This document shows, piece by piece, positions 19,248-29,599 of a stretch of DNA of 64,000 bases. Source of the DNA: Candidatus Limnocylindria bacterium (lineage in GTDB: Bacteria > Patescibacteriota > Saccharimonadia > Saccharimonadales > JAGQNK01); assembly GCA_035489815.1 (NCBI GenBank), contig DATHJH010000042.1:1581-65580 (forward strand). Reading direction: 5' to 3'. Each line of letters begins with the position of its first letter. Position 1 is the stretch's first letter. The translations under genes and the position numbers were made by a program. The notes under the pieces are model-generated. The model was not told the origin of the DNA. It ran no database searches and saw nothing but the letters and a program-made list of their open reading frames with translations.

Positions 19248-19749
19248 AGACTACCATATCTTTTTAGATACGAACGTTTTTATCTATGCCTCAAAAAACG
19301 AGAGCTTCTTCAACTTTCTGGTCGACCTAAACAACCAGGCAGACTGTGCGTTTACAACCATTCCCTCGGTTTTGTTCGAGTATACACGGGGTTCAAATAG
19401 TGCTACTGAGTATGCCAAGCGAACTGACTTTCTGAAAAATATGGTGGAATCAGTAAACTCCATGAATTTTCTTAACTCTATACCGGACTTTCATATAGTA
19501 ATGGCGAAGGCCGACTCAAATAATAAGTCCTATACTGATTTCTTGCTTGCTGCTTGCCTGTACCAGTATCGTCACGTCAAGGTCGGGTTGCTCACTACCG
19601 ACCTTAAAGCATGCCCGTCATTCTTTCCGCGCAGTCACCTTGTAACCGTAGAGCACACCAACGAAGTCGTGAACTTTGGAGTCTACCAACTCAACCCTGA
19701 AGCGTACTCACAGGCCGCAGCTAAAGCCCTCGAAGAAGTCACCGAATAG
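19207..19749 (+). CDS. PIN-domain-like nuclease (putative toxin)
   Basis: N-terminal YHIFLDTNVFIYA is the typical first acidic motif of PIN domains. At 180 aa it is longer than VapC. Confidence 0.5.
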   Translation: MTTLYPPLIRQELKDYHIFLDTNVFIYASKNESFFNFLVDLNNQADCAFTTIPSVLFEYTRGSNSATEYAKRTDFLKNMVESVNSMNFLNSIPDFHIVMAKADSNNKSYTDFLLAACLYQYRHVKVGLLTTDLKACPSFFPRSHLVTVEHTNEVVNFGVYQLNPEAYSQAAAKALEEVTE

Positions 19750-20074
19750 CTATACTGAAGGCATGAACAAGCCTAAAAAGCCTGCCAGTGCCATGACCAG
19801 GGACGAGTTTTAGCAGTACTCAAGGAAAGTCAGCCGTAAAAAGAAAAAGATAAACATTCTACAACAATCTGTGGACAGTTTAAGCTTTTAAAGTAAATGT
19901 TCCGATCACACGCGACCCCCCCAAAAAAAACGCATGAATTCTTAAATAGCTCGTTCGCTCGAAGGATATCTTGAACAGGCTCTAAGGCTTCGCCAAGTGA
20001 AAAAACTTACAGCTTTCGCCCGGGTTTGGCGGCTACCATGGGTCTGCAGTCAAGTATAAGGAGGAAGTGCGGAT

Positions 20075-20221
20075 ATGAAAAAGTCCAAAGTTCTATCAAC
20101 ACCAACAAGGCTCAGGGACCTAAGCTTTGACGACCTCTACCCGGACGACGGCACCCAGCTAAAAGCCGAACTGCTAAATGCACGCAAGTGGCGGCAGTTC
20201 AAAAAAGAAATGACTACCTAG
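20075..20221 (+). CDS. small protein (48 aa), not in the ORF track
   Basis: TAAGGAGGA (20057-20065) lies 9 nt before ATG 20075. The ORF reads MKKSKVLSTPTRLRDLSFDDLYPDDGTQLKAELLNARKWRQFKKEMTT and stops at 20219-20221. Confidence 0.4.
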   Translation: MKKSKVLSTPTRLRDLSFDDLYPDDGTQLKAELLNARKWRQFKKEMTT

Positions 20222-20224
20222 AAA

Positions 20225-20929
20225 TCAAGGTGACTTTTTAGGCGACCCTACTATTTGTATGGCTGCCTTTTTAAAAACAATGCCCAGCCCATAATCTTCA
20301 TCCAGCAAACCATCCAGCTTGTCTGTACGCACGACATAGTTTTGTTTTTTGTAGCTTAAAACACCTTTTTGGTGGAGTTTTTTTAGTTCGATACCCGTTG
20401 TTTCACGCGTCAGGCCTATAAAGTTAGCCAGATCCTGCTGTGTAAGGGGCAGGCGTATCTGAACGACGTTCTTCCGCTGCTCTACTCCGAATCGAAGACA
20501 AAGGAAATGTATGGTGTTGAGGACCTTCTGTGAGGCTTTTGATTGTTCCAGGGCATTAATGCGCAGTTGCGTGTGCATGTGGGCACTGATTAACTGGTCC
20601 AGCAGAAAGGCCCGCGCTCTGCCGTGGGAAGCAAAGAACTTCTGGAGCTCTGCCGTCGGTATGCAGTAGACAGCTGTTTCCGTAAATGCCTCGTAATAGA
20701 ACTGTACGTGGTTGACCTTGCCAAAGGCCCACGCCAAGGGGAAGATTTCTGTGTCCAGGTCAAAGCCTATGGGCTTTTCCTCGCCAGCCAGGGTCAGGTT
20801 ATATGTTTTGACAATGCCGCTCTTGACGGCGTAGGCACATTCTGGCACTTCTCCTTGTACCAGAATAATCTCGCCTTTTTTGAAACGTTTGGTCCGGAAA
20901 TTCTTTAAGAAATTAAGATAATCATCCAT
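20225..20929 (-). CDS. Crp/Fnr-family transcriptional regulator
   Basis: The N-terminal cNMP-binding-like beta-barrel (FKKGEIILVQGEVPECAYAVKSGIVK) and the C-terminal HTH (LTQQDLANFIGLTRETTGIELKKL) are both present. Confidence 0.8.
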   Translation of the reverse strand: MDDYLNFLKNFRTKRFKKGEIILVQGEVPECAYAVKSGIVKTYNLTLAGEEKPIGFDLDTEIFPLAWAFGKVNHVQFYYEAFTETAVYCIPTAELQKFFASHGRARAFLLDQLISAHMHTQLRINALEQSKASQKVLNTIHFLCLRFGVEQRKNVVQIRLPLTQQDLANFIGLTRETTGIELKKLHQKGVLSYKKQNYVVRTDKLDGLLDEDYGLGIVFKKAAIQIVGSPKKSP

Positions 20930-21051
20930 AGAATATAGGTTACTGTGTTTGCGCCGTACTATTGTAAGCTATTTTATATTAGTTTAGATACAAAAATATT
21001 CCAACCCCCAAAGTTTCCCTGGGTCTCTCCAAAAGCATAAGACTACTCTGT

Positions 21052-21579
21052 TCAGGTCTTCTTGCCCCTGGAGGTCCTTGAAGACTTCACTGAACCGTAC
21101 TTCCCGCGAACCTGAAAGAGCAAATAAAACCCTACTGCTGAACCAATCAGACTAAAAACAAACGTACCCGCCCCGCGACCATGGATAAAGAGACTAAGTA
21201 CAGAGTAGGCGGCATTAATCAGCGCCCCCAGAAACAGCAGGTGCCAGCCACGCCTGCTTCGCTTCTTCAGTTCCGGGTAGGCCATCAGCAGGATAACGGC
21301 GTCCGCCACCAGCACCCCTATACCTACATAAATGATCGATTTGTCCGAACTGCTGACCGCCGCAGGGTAATTAACGTAAAACGAACCGTACTCAAACACA
21401 GATTCTGCGGCCCGCACCAGGTTCCAAAGCGCCCAGGCACCAAAAAGCTGCAACATGCCAAAGACCAGCGCAATCCAGGGCCAGACGCCCGCTAACGCCT
21501 CCCGGCTGCTGTCCGGCAGGGGCGGCGCACCCTTAAAAAACGCCTCCAGCTTATCCTCCAGCTTTTTAACCGTACCCAT
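21052..21579 (-). CDS. membrane protein (175 aa, 4 TM helices)
   Basis: ORF with four hydrophobic segments and a basic tail. No family recognised. Confidence 0.5.
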   Translation of the reverse strand: MGTVKKLEDKLEAFFKGAPPLPDSSREALAGVWPWIALVFGMLQLFGAWALWNLVRAAESVFEYGSFYVNYPAAVSSSDKSIIYVGIGVLVADAVILLMAYPELKKRSRRGWHLLFLGALINAAYSVLSLFIHGRGAGTFVFSLIGSAVGFYLLFQVRGKYGSVKSSRTSRGKKT

Positions 21580-21672
21580 CTTCTGGACCCCCTGTTAATA
21601 TGTTATATATGTTATCTAAAGCATAACCCCTGGAAGCGTCCTGTGCAATAAGTCCTGCCGGCAGGGTTCGGG

Positions 21673-21800
21673 TTTGACCCACCCTCACTTTTTGCCTCCA
21701 AAGAGGCTGACGTAACGTGAAGCCGGAGTCCGCCCCAAAAAAAGTGGGAGCGGTTTCCGCGCGGAACGTCTCTTTGGGGCGGAAAGTGAGGTGGGTCAAA
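21673..21800. repeat. Inverted-repeat element, copy B (about 31-bp arms, 64-nt loop)
   Basis: tttgacccaccctcactttttgcctccaaagag (21673-21705) pairs with ctctttggggcggaaagtgaggtgggtcaaa (21770-21800). The loop contains the palindrome ttccgcgcggaa. The element lies in the divergent spacer between the membrane-protein gene and the helicase gene. Confidence 0.6.
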
Positions 21801-21839
21801 CTCAGAGCTGGCACAAACGGGTAATAGGGTACAATAAGC

Positions 21840-24800
21840 GTGATGTCAGATTTTGCCAGGGAGTACAAACGGCTCAACGCCATGCAGAAAAAAGCCGTGG
21901 ACGCCACGGAGGGTCCGCTATTGGTCATTGCCGGTCCCGGCACAGGAAAAACACAGCTGCTCAGTGCCCGCGTAGCCAACATTTTGAAGCTGACAGACTC
22001 GTTACCCAGCAGCATACTCTGCCTTACTTTCACCGAAGCGGCGGCGCTGAACATGCGCGAACGCCTGCGGAGCATGATCGGTGAAGACGCCTACGGTGTA
22101 CATATAAATACATACCACAGCTTCGCCAGCGACATCATCCGCGCCAATCCTGATTTTTTTGAAACCGTCGACCTCCTGACAGGAGCAGATACTCGCATGG
22201 AGCGGCCAATCAACGACCTGGGCCAACTGGAAATCGTCAAAAGCATAGTTTACGGACTACCATTCACCGACCCGCTGCGCGGAGCACGGTATTACCTGAA
22301 AAGTGTCGTATCGACCATATCGGATCTGAAGCAGGCCAACATAGACCCAGAGAAGATGCGTGCCATCGCCAAGGATAACGCCCGGGTTTGCCTGGAACTG
22401 TCGCCGCGCATCCATGACCTGATGTCGCCTCATACACGCATGCCCGGCAAAGCCGGGGCGGCGCAGCAACTGTTTACGGGCTTCCGGAATGAGCTGGCAT
22501 CGGCCCAGGGCGAACTGGCCGACGCGGCCCTGAAAGAGCTGGACCGTGCGCTGGAATCTTCTGCCGAAGCCAACTCCACAAAACCGTTGACCGCCTGGAA
22601 GAACAGCTGGCTGCAAAAGGACGATACTGACCGGTGGTGCTTCACCAATCCGGCCGTCAACGATCGACTGCTGTCGCTGGCGACGATTTATGAAAAGTAC
22701 CAGGAAATACTTGAATCAACCGGCCAATATGATTTCAACGATATGATTCTGCGCACATTAAAAGCCCTGCAGGAAAAGCCGGAGCTCAAGTTCAACCTGC
22801 AGGAACAGTACCAGTACATCCTGCTGGACGAATTCCAGGACACTAATGCCGTCCAATTTGAACTCGTGCGGACGCTGGCCGACCATCCGGTTCACGAAGG
22901 CCGCCCGAACATCATGGCCGTCGGCGACGACGACCAGGGTATCTTTGCTTTTCAGGGTGCCGACATCGGCAATATGATCCAGTTTTTAGCCGCTTTCCGG
23001 GACGTAGAGGTCATAAATCTGGTCCAGAACTACCGCTCGCACCACGACATCCTGCACGTCGCCCACAACATTGCGGAGCAGATAGAATCGCGCATACATC
23101 ATTCGCTTGACGGTGTCACCAAAAACATTGAAGCCGCAGCAAGCGACCTGCCTGACAACGCGACTATAGCCCGGCACGAGTTCACTTCGGCCGCTGCTGA
23201 AAACGGCTGGATCGCCGATCAGATCGCAGAGCAGATTGAGAATGGCGTGCCAGCGCACGAAATCGCCGTACTGGCGCCTAAGCATGCCGTCCTGGAAACG
23301 CTCGTACCGTTTTTAAACAAACGGGGCATCCCGGTCACCTACGAAAAGCGCGAAAACATCTTTGAAACACCCGTCGTGCAGACAATCCTGCTGATGTGCG
23401 AGCTTTTGCGCGCCACAGCCAGAGGCGACCACTCCCTTATGGACCAGCTGCTGCCGAGGGTTCTGAGCCTGGATTTCTGGCAGATTCCGATCGAAACAAT
23501 CTGGCAGCTAAACTGGGACCACGCCCGCCAGCACCAGGAAGATACCAAACGCTGGGTCGAACGCACAGTATCGCTGCCGCGCACGGCCGAGCAAGTCAAG
23601 TTCCTGTTGCGTCTGGGCACCAACAACGAAACTTACGGTTTAGAATTGACACTCGATTATCTTACCGGTGCAAAACCGCTGCAGTACGACCACGCCAGCT
23701 ACACCTCGCCGTTGAAGCAGTTTTATTTTTCCGATTCAGCACTTAAGGATTCGTCGCTTCAGTTTTACGAGGCTATTTCGCACCTTTCCGTCATCCGCGC
23801 CCAGCTGCGCGAACAGCAGGCAAGGGAAGATCACCGCCTTGATATAGACAGTCTGCTGGATTTGTATGAGACTTACCAGGAAGCCGAGCAGCCGCTCATC
23901 AACACCCACCCGATCGCTCAGGCCGAATCGTCCGTGCAGCTGCAAACCGTTTACAAGGCCAAGGGCCTGGAATACGAGCACGTATACCTTACCAATTTGC
24001 AGGACGATGTGTGGGGCAGCACCGCCAAGGGCGGTAGCAACAAGCTGTCCATCCCAGCCAATCTGAAGCACATCCGGCACGATGCCTCCACCGAGGACAC
24101 GCTGCGCCGGCTGCTGTTCGTGGCTGTAACCCGCGCCAAACACGGTCTTGTACTGACCAGCCACGCCCAGTCCGAGTCAGGCAAAAAGACCCAAGCCGTC
24201 AAATACCTGCAGGAATTCGAAGAAAACGACCAGCATTACAGCGGCGTATTGCCGGATGGCGCAAACCGCATATTCATGACCGACCGCGAGCCCGAACAGC
24301 TGCAGAACGACGTCGACACACTGTGGCATAGCCGCCACACCGAACTGACGCCGACGCTCAAGAGCCTGCTGGGCGAACGGCTTGAGCGCTACGTCATGAG
24401 CCCGACCCACTTGAATACGTTCACTAACGTTGAATATTCCGGACCAATGGACTTCCTGCTTGGTCCGCTGCTACGCTTTCCGAAAGCCCCGACCGCCGAC
24501 AGCGTTTACGGCGACGCCGTGCACCGGGCGCTGGAGCAGTACCAAAAATCCTGGAAGGATGGCCGGGGAATCAGCATAGACCAAGCCATTGGCATTTTTG
24601 AAGCCCGGATGGAGCGCGGCTTTTTGTCAGACGTTGATAGAAAAGCTTTCACTGAGCGGGGCAAACGCGCCCTGCGGACTTATCTTGCCAAAAACGGCGA
24701 AAGACTGCGCCGCCCTGCCGAGGTAGAATTTGATTTCCGCCGTGAAGGCTGCGTGTTCGACCAGGCAGTATTGACCGGCAAAATGGACCGCCTGGAAGTC

Positions 24801-25169
24801 AACCAGGCCGACAAAACCGTGCGCATCATCGATTTCAAAAGCGGAAGCCCAAGCGCCAAATGGGGCAGCGACGGCAAGCATATCAACTACAAACAGCAGC
24901 TATATTTTTACAACCTGCTGATCGAAACGTCGCGGACATTCAAGGGTTATAAGGTCAACAGCGCGGCGCTGGAATTCATCGAACCGCTGCCGAACGGTGA
25001 ATCCGCGCCACCACTGGAGCTAAGGTTCGACCAAAAAGAATATGACGACTTCAAAAGACTGCTGCTGAACGTCTGGCAGCGCATTCATAACCTGGACCTG
25101 CCGGATATCTCTGGCTACCCGGCCAGTGCAACCGGCGTTCGGGCATTCATAAAATACCTGCTGGCCTAA
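21840..25169 (+). CDS. UvrD/PcrA/AddA-type SF1 helicase fused to a C-terminal PD-(D/E)xK (RecB/Cas4-like) nuclease domain
   Basis: LVIAGPGTGKTQ (Walker A), ILLDEFQDTN (motif II), VGDDDQGIFAFQGA, NYRS and VYKAKGLEYEHVYL are SF1 helicase motifs. The C-terminal MDRLE...RIIDFKSG...YKQQLYFY resembles the RecB-family nuclease motif. Confidence 0.85.
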   Translation: MMSDFAREYKRLNAMQKKAVDATEGPLLVIAGPGTGKTQLLSARVANILKLTDSLPSSILCLTFTEAAALNMRERLRSMIGEDAYGVHINTYHSFASDIIRANPDFFETVDLLTGADTRMERPINDLGQLEIVKSIVYGLPFTDPLRGARYYLKSVVSTISDLKQANIDPEKMRAIAKDNARVCLELSPRIHDLMSPHTRMPGKAGAAQQLFTGFRNELASAQGELADAALKELDRALESSAEANSTKPLTAWKNSWLQKDDTDRWCFTNPAVNDRLLSLATIYEKYQEILESTGQYDFNDMILRTLKALQEKPELKFNLQEQYQYILLDEFQDTNAVQFELVRTLADHPVHEGRPNIMAVGDDDQGIFAFQGADIGNMIQFLAAFRDVEVINLVQNYRSHHDILHVAHNIAEQIESRIHHSLDGVTKNIEAAASDLPDNATIARHEFTSAAAENGWIADQIAEQIENGVPAHEIAVLAPKHAVLETLVPFLNKRGIPVTYEKRENIFETPVVQTILLMCELLRATARGDHSLMDQLLPRVLSLDFWQIPIETIWQLNWDHARQHQEDTKRWVERTVSLPRTAEQVKFLLRLGTNNETYGLELTLDYLTGAKPLQYDHASYTSPLKQFYFSDSALKDSSLQFYEAISHLSVIRAQLREQQAREDHRLDIDSLLDLYETYQEAEQPLINTHPIAQAESSVQLQTVYKAKGLEYEHVYLTNLQDDVWGSTAKGGSNKLSIPANLKHIRHDASTEDTLRRLLFVAVTRAKHGLVLTSHAQSESGKKTQAVKYLQEFEENDQHYSGVLPDGANRIFMTDREPEQLQNDVDTLWHSRHTELTPTLKSLLGERLERYVMSPTHLNTFTNVEYSGPMDFLLGPLLRFPKAPTADSVYGDAVHRALEQYQKSWKDGRGISIDQAIGIFEARMERGFLSDVDRKAFTERGKRALRTYLAKNGERLRRPAEVEFDFRREGCVFDQAVLTGKMDRLEVNQADKTVRIIDFKSGSPSAKWGSDGKHINYKQQLYFYNLLIETSRTFKGYKVNSAALEFIEPLPNGESAPPLELRFDQKEYDDFKRLLLNVWQRIHNLDLPDISGYPASATGVRAFIKYLLA

Positions 25170-25226
25170 GTTTCTAAAAAACCGGCATCCCACTGGAAAT
25201 TTGTAGAACCTACCCGGGGATGAACT

Positions 25227-26594
25227 TCACAAGAAAGAACCAAAGAATTTTTTTGCCAAAGCCTTTGATTTAGTGCCAATACGAGCCGGCTCAACCAAAT
25301 CTTCCTGGTCATCAGCAAAGTCAGATACCAGCGCCCGGCGGGATTCAGCCAGTCTGTGGAAAACAACCCGGCGCAGCACATAGGCAGCCACTCCCACGCT
25401 CACACCAATTGTCAGATCAGTTATTACAGTTAGTACCAAAGTGACAAGCAAGGTTATATCAAAGTCTGCGGCATGACTCTTGATAGCACGTGATACTTCC
25501 TTGTATTCGCTGATGCGGATTGCAGTGACCAGCAGGACCGCGCTGAGAGCCGTCAGCGGTATGGTGTTAGCCACCGGCGCAAGCAACGCCAAAAAGACCA
25601 GTACCGTCAGGGCGTGGATAATGGTTGTAACTCTGGAAACAGCGTGACTCTTGATTGCCGTACCCGTGCGGGCAATGACTGCAGTGGCAGGGATGCCACC
25701 AAATAAAAAGGAACCGATATTTGCGATTCCTTGCGCCGTAAGTTCCTGGCCGGGGCGGTGCTTTGTCTTGGTTATTCTATCGGCCACCAGGGCACACAAA
25801 AGACTCTCAATGGCGATCAAAAACGCAATTTTGAGAGCAGGCACAATAAAAGCACCTTCAAACGTCGGCAGGTTGCTCACAAGCCGCGGCAATCCCTCGG
25901 CAATAGGACCGTAGGCGTTAGAAAGCGTTTTGACAGGCTGAAAATACGGAACAAATTTGCACAGCAGCGTCGCTACCGCCACTGCCAGCAGTGTAGACGG
26001 AATTTTAGCAATTGGTTTGAGCTTGTTTGCGCTCACAATAATACCAACCGACAACACGCCAAGCACCAGGGTCGGCAGGTGCAAAACACCGACGTGCTTG
26101 AGCGTTTCCAGGGTTTTTTCATGAAAGTGGGTGTGCGCTTCCAGCCCCGACAGGCCAAAAAAGGCATTAAGCTGACCAAAAAATATCACTATGGCCACAC
26201 CGGCCGTAAAGCCCAGCACTACGCTCTCCGGTATCCTGACGATCAGCTTTCCGACGCCAATGAGGCCGAATAGGATCAAAAAGAGCCCGGCAAGCATAGT
26301 AATCATCGGCAGGTTTTTCGCGCCGAACTGATTCACGGTTGCCACAAGGACCGGCACCATAGCAGCGGCAGGGCCCGAAACGCTGTAAGCCGAACCTGCA
26401 AAAAGGCCGGCCAAAAGGCCGGCTATTCCTGCGGTGTACAGACCGATAACCGGCTCTACACCTGCTGCGATTGCGAGGGCAAGCGAAAGCGGCAGGGCTA
26501 CTATGCCCACCGTTAAGCCTGCGCTGAGGTCCTTAATAAGTTTCGGTTTTGAATACCCGACTAGATCAGGAAAAAAATTCTGAACAACTCGCAT
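25227..26594 (-). CDS. SulP-family anion transporter (no STAS domain visible)
   Basis: 455-aa polytopic protein. The N-terminal LIKDLSAGLTVGIVALPLSLALAIAAGV is typical of SulP. The C-terminus is short and charged rather than a STAS domain. Confidence 0.75.
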   Translation of the reverse strand: MRVVQNFFPDLVGYSKPKLIKDLSAGLTVGIVALPLSLALAIAAGVEPVIGLYTAGIAGLLAGLFAGSAYSVSGPAAAMVPVLVATVNQFGAKNLPMITMLAGLFLILFGLIGVGKLIVRIPESVVLGFTAGVAIVIFFGQLNAFFGLSGLEAHTHFHEKTLETLKHVGVLHLPTLVLGVLSVGIIVSANKLKPIAKIPSTLLAVAVATLLCKFVPYFQPVKTLSNAYGPIAEGLPRLVSNLPTFEGAFIVPALKIAFLIAIESLLCALVADRITKTKHRPGQELTAQGIANIGSFLFGGIPATAVIARTGTAIKSHAVSRVTTIIHALTVLVFLALLAPVANTIPLTALSAVLLVTAIRISEYKEVSRAIKSHAADFDITLLVTLVLTVITDLTIGVSVGVAAYVLRRVVFHRLAESRRALVSDFADDQEDLVEPARIGTKSKALAKKFFGSFL

Positions 26595-26693
26595 GCTTAG
26601 CTTGCTCCTTAGTGGTTCGCACTCTGTACTGTACCGGTCGCAAAAAGAAAAACGCCCGGCAAAAACTTTATATTTTGCAGCGTTCCGAAACAG

Positions 26694-26722
26694 AGTATAC
26701 GCCTACGCAAACGCTGATGCAA
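26694..26722 (-). promoter_or_regulatory. sigma-70-type promoter candidate for the SulP gene
   Basis: The minus strand reads TTGCAT (26722-26717), a 17-nt spacer, then TATACT (26699-26694). This lies about 95 nt upstream of the start codon. Confidence 0.45.
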
Positions 26723-26822
26723 GCCGCGATTTTTATATTCCGCGGCGGCGGCGCCTGAGCCAAGAAAGCTGATGTCTATGTTTTGGCTTTTTCGTTGACG
26801 CTAGGAAGCGTCCTCCAGTTCA

Positions 26823-27248
26823 CTATCTTCGATGTCTGCGTTTCAAACCGGCTACCTGTAAGCGGACGGCTTGGCGGTCCATCAGGCTTTGGGCGTGTTC
26901 CAGGGACACCTGGTCTTTGGCCTCGGCTTTCATTTTTTGGGCTAGTTCGTAAGCTTTTTTGGCCTCTGCTTCATCAATATCCGTTTCATGGTCGGCTTCG
27001 TCCACCAGTACAGACAAAATATTATCGGATACCTCTATGACCCCGCCGTTGGTGGCAAACAGTTCCATGAAGTCATCCGGGTCAGTAGCCTTGCGACGAA
27101 CTTTTATAACCCCATGCGTGGCCACACTAATCAGCGGCATATGGCCGGGCAATACACCAATCTGGCCGGCCATAGTAGGCAGCTGCACCTCGTAGACATC
27201 ATCGTCAAATTTAGTACCACTGATAGTCTCTAATTTTAAACGAATCAC
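26823..27248 (-). CDS. atpC: F1 ATP synthase subunit epsilon
   Basis: GTG start. MIRLKLETISGTKFDDDVYEVQLPTMAGQIGVLPGHMPLIS is a typical epsilon N-terminus. Last gene of the operon. Confidence 0.9.
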   Translation of the reverse strand: MIRLKLETISGTKFDDDVYEVQLPTMAGQIGVLPGHMPLISVATHGVIKVRRKATDPDDFMELFATNGGVIEVSDNILSVLVDEADHETDIDEAEAKKAYELAQKMKAEAKDQVSLEHAQSLMDRQAVRLQVAGLKRRHRR

Positions 27249-27271
27249 TTTGTGATTCCTTTAAAATTAGG

Positions 27272-27299
27272 AAGTGAGGAGTGAGGAGTGAGGAGTGCG
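27272..27299. repeat. four tandem heptamers (R)AGTG(A/C)G
   Basis: aagtgag gagtgag gagtgag gagtgcg lies directly downstream of the four-helix-bundle ORF stop. The last copy forms the 3' half of the stem enclosing that ORF. Confidence 0.7.
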
Positions 27300-27300
27300 A

Positions 27301-27696
27301 TCATTTGCGATTCCTTGTAGATTTTATGAGACCGATTAATAATTTATGACCTTTTACGCTTTGACTATATAGGAGAAGCCTTGCATCTTCGTTTATATAG
27401 CCCACGTCAAGGGCAATGTACATAAAGCTCTGAAGTTCAGTTAGCGATCCGGCGGCAATGGTATAAAAATGAAGTTTATCAGCAATGGTTTGCCGGCTAA
27501 AACCTTCTGCTATATTGGCCGATACGGAGCTGGCTGCACGACGCATTTGGTTTGTCAGCGCGAACTGCTCGTCTTTAGGAAATTGACGAGTCAATATATA
27601 GGTTTGCTTCGCCAGCTCCCGGGCAGCCTGCCAGGCAAGTAGCTTTTCAAACGAATCCAGCTTACCGGGTTTTTCTTCTGACTCCACTCTTCGCAC
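27301..27696 (-). CDS. four-helix-bundle protein (23S rRNA intervening-sequence protein family, TIGR02436/PF05635-like)
   Basis: FEKLLAWQAARELAKQTY...FPKDEQFALTNQMRRAASSVSANIAEGFSR...AAGSLTELQS matches the family pattern. It is inserted between atpD and atpC. The start is GTG 27696 or GTG 27687. Confidence 0.85.
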   Translation of the reverse strand: MRRVESEEKPGKLDSFEKLLAWQAARELAKQTYILTRQFPKDEQFALTNQMRRAASSVSANIAEGFSRQTIADKLHFYTIAAGSLTELQSFMYIALDVGYINEDARLLLYSQSVKGHKLLIGLIKSTRNRK

Positions 27697-27713
27697 TCCT
27701 AACTTCGTTAAAG

Positions 27714-29433
<1,720 letters not shown>

Positions 29434-29599
29434 TTTTGAATTGCCTCCATACTCATCGCATTCATCTTAATCATTGATCACCATCCTCTCGCCCCAAGTT
29501 GTCAAGGGACCTCTCTTTCAAGCGGCGGCCAAGATCCAGCTCAAATTCGCTTTGCTGAGTCCATAGTTTGAAAGGGTTTTTCCATTCCATTATTTTTTC

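Noticed and set aside
21566-22075. 169-codon minus-strand ORF spanning the intergenic hairpin and the 5' end of the helicase gene
   Set aside because: It overlaps the N-terminus of the well-supported helicase, including its Walker A, and runs through the inverted-repeat element. It has no SD or motif, so it is spurious.
27301-27696. Four-helix-bundle protein as the Avd component of a diversity-generating retroelement
   Set aside because: There is no reverse transcriptase gene and no template/variable repeat pair anywhere in the window. The IVS-like cassette interpretation fits better.
29434-29599. Possible mini-ORFs chained by ATGA overlaps in the 166-nt spacer inside the atp operon
   Set aside because: A careful base-by-base reading gives only a 16-codon and a 6-codon ORF. 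My first impression of a 39-codon ORF came from a miscounted A-run. The region is left as non-coding.
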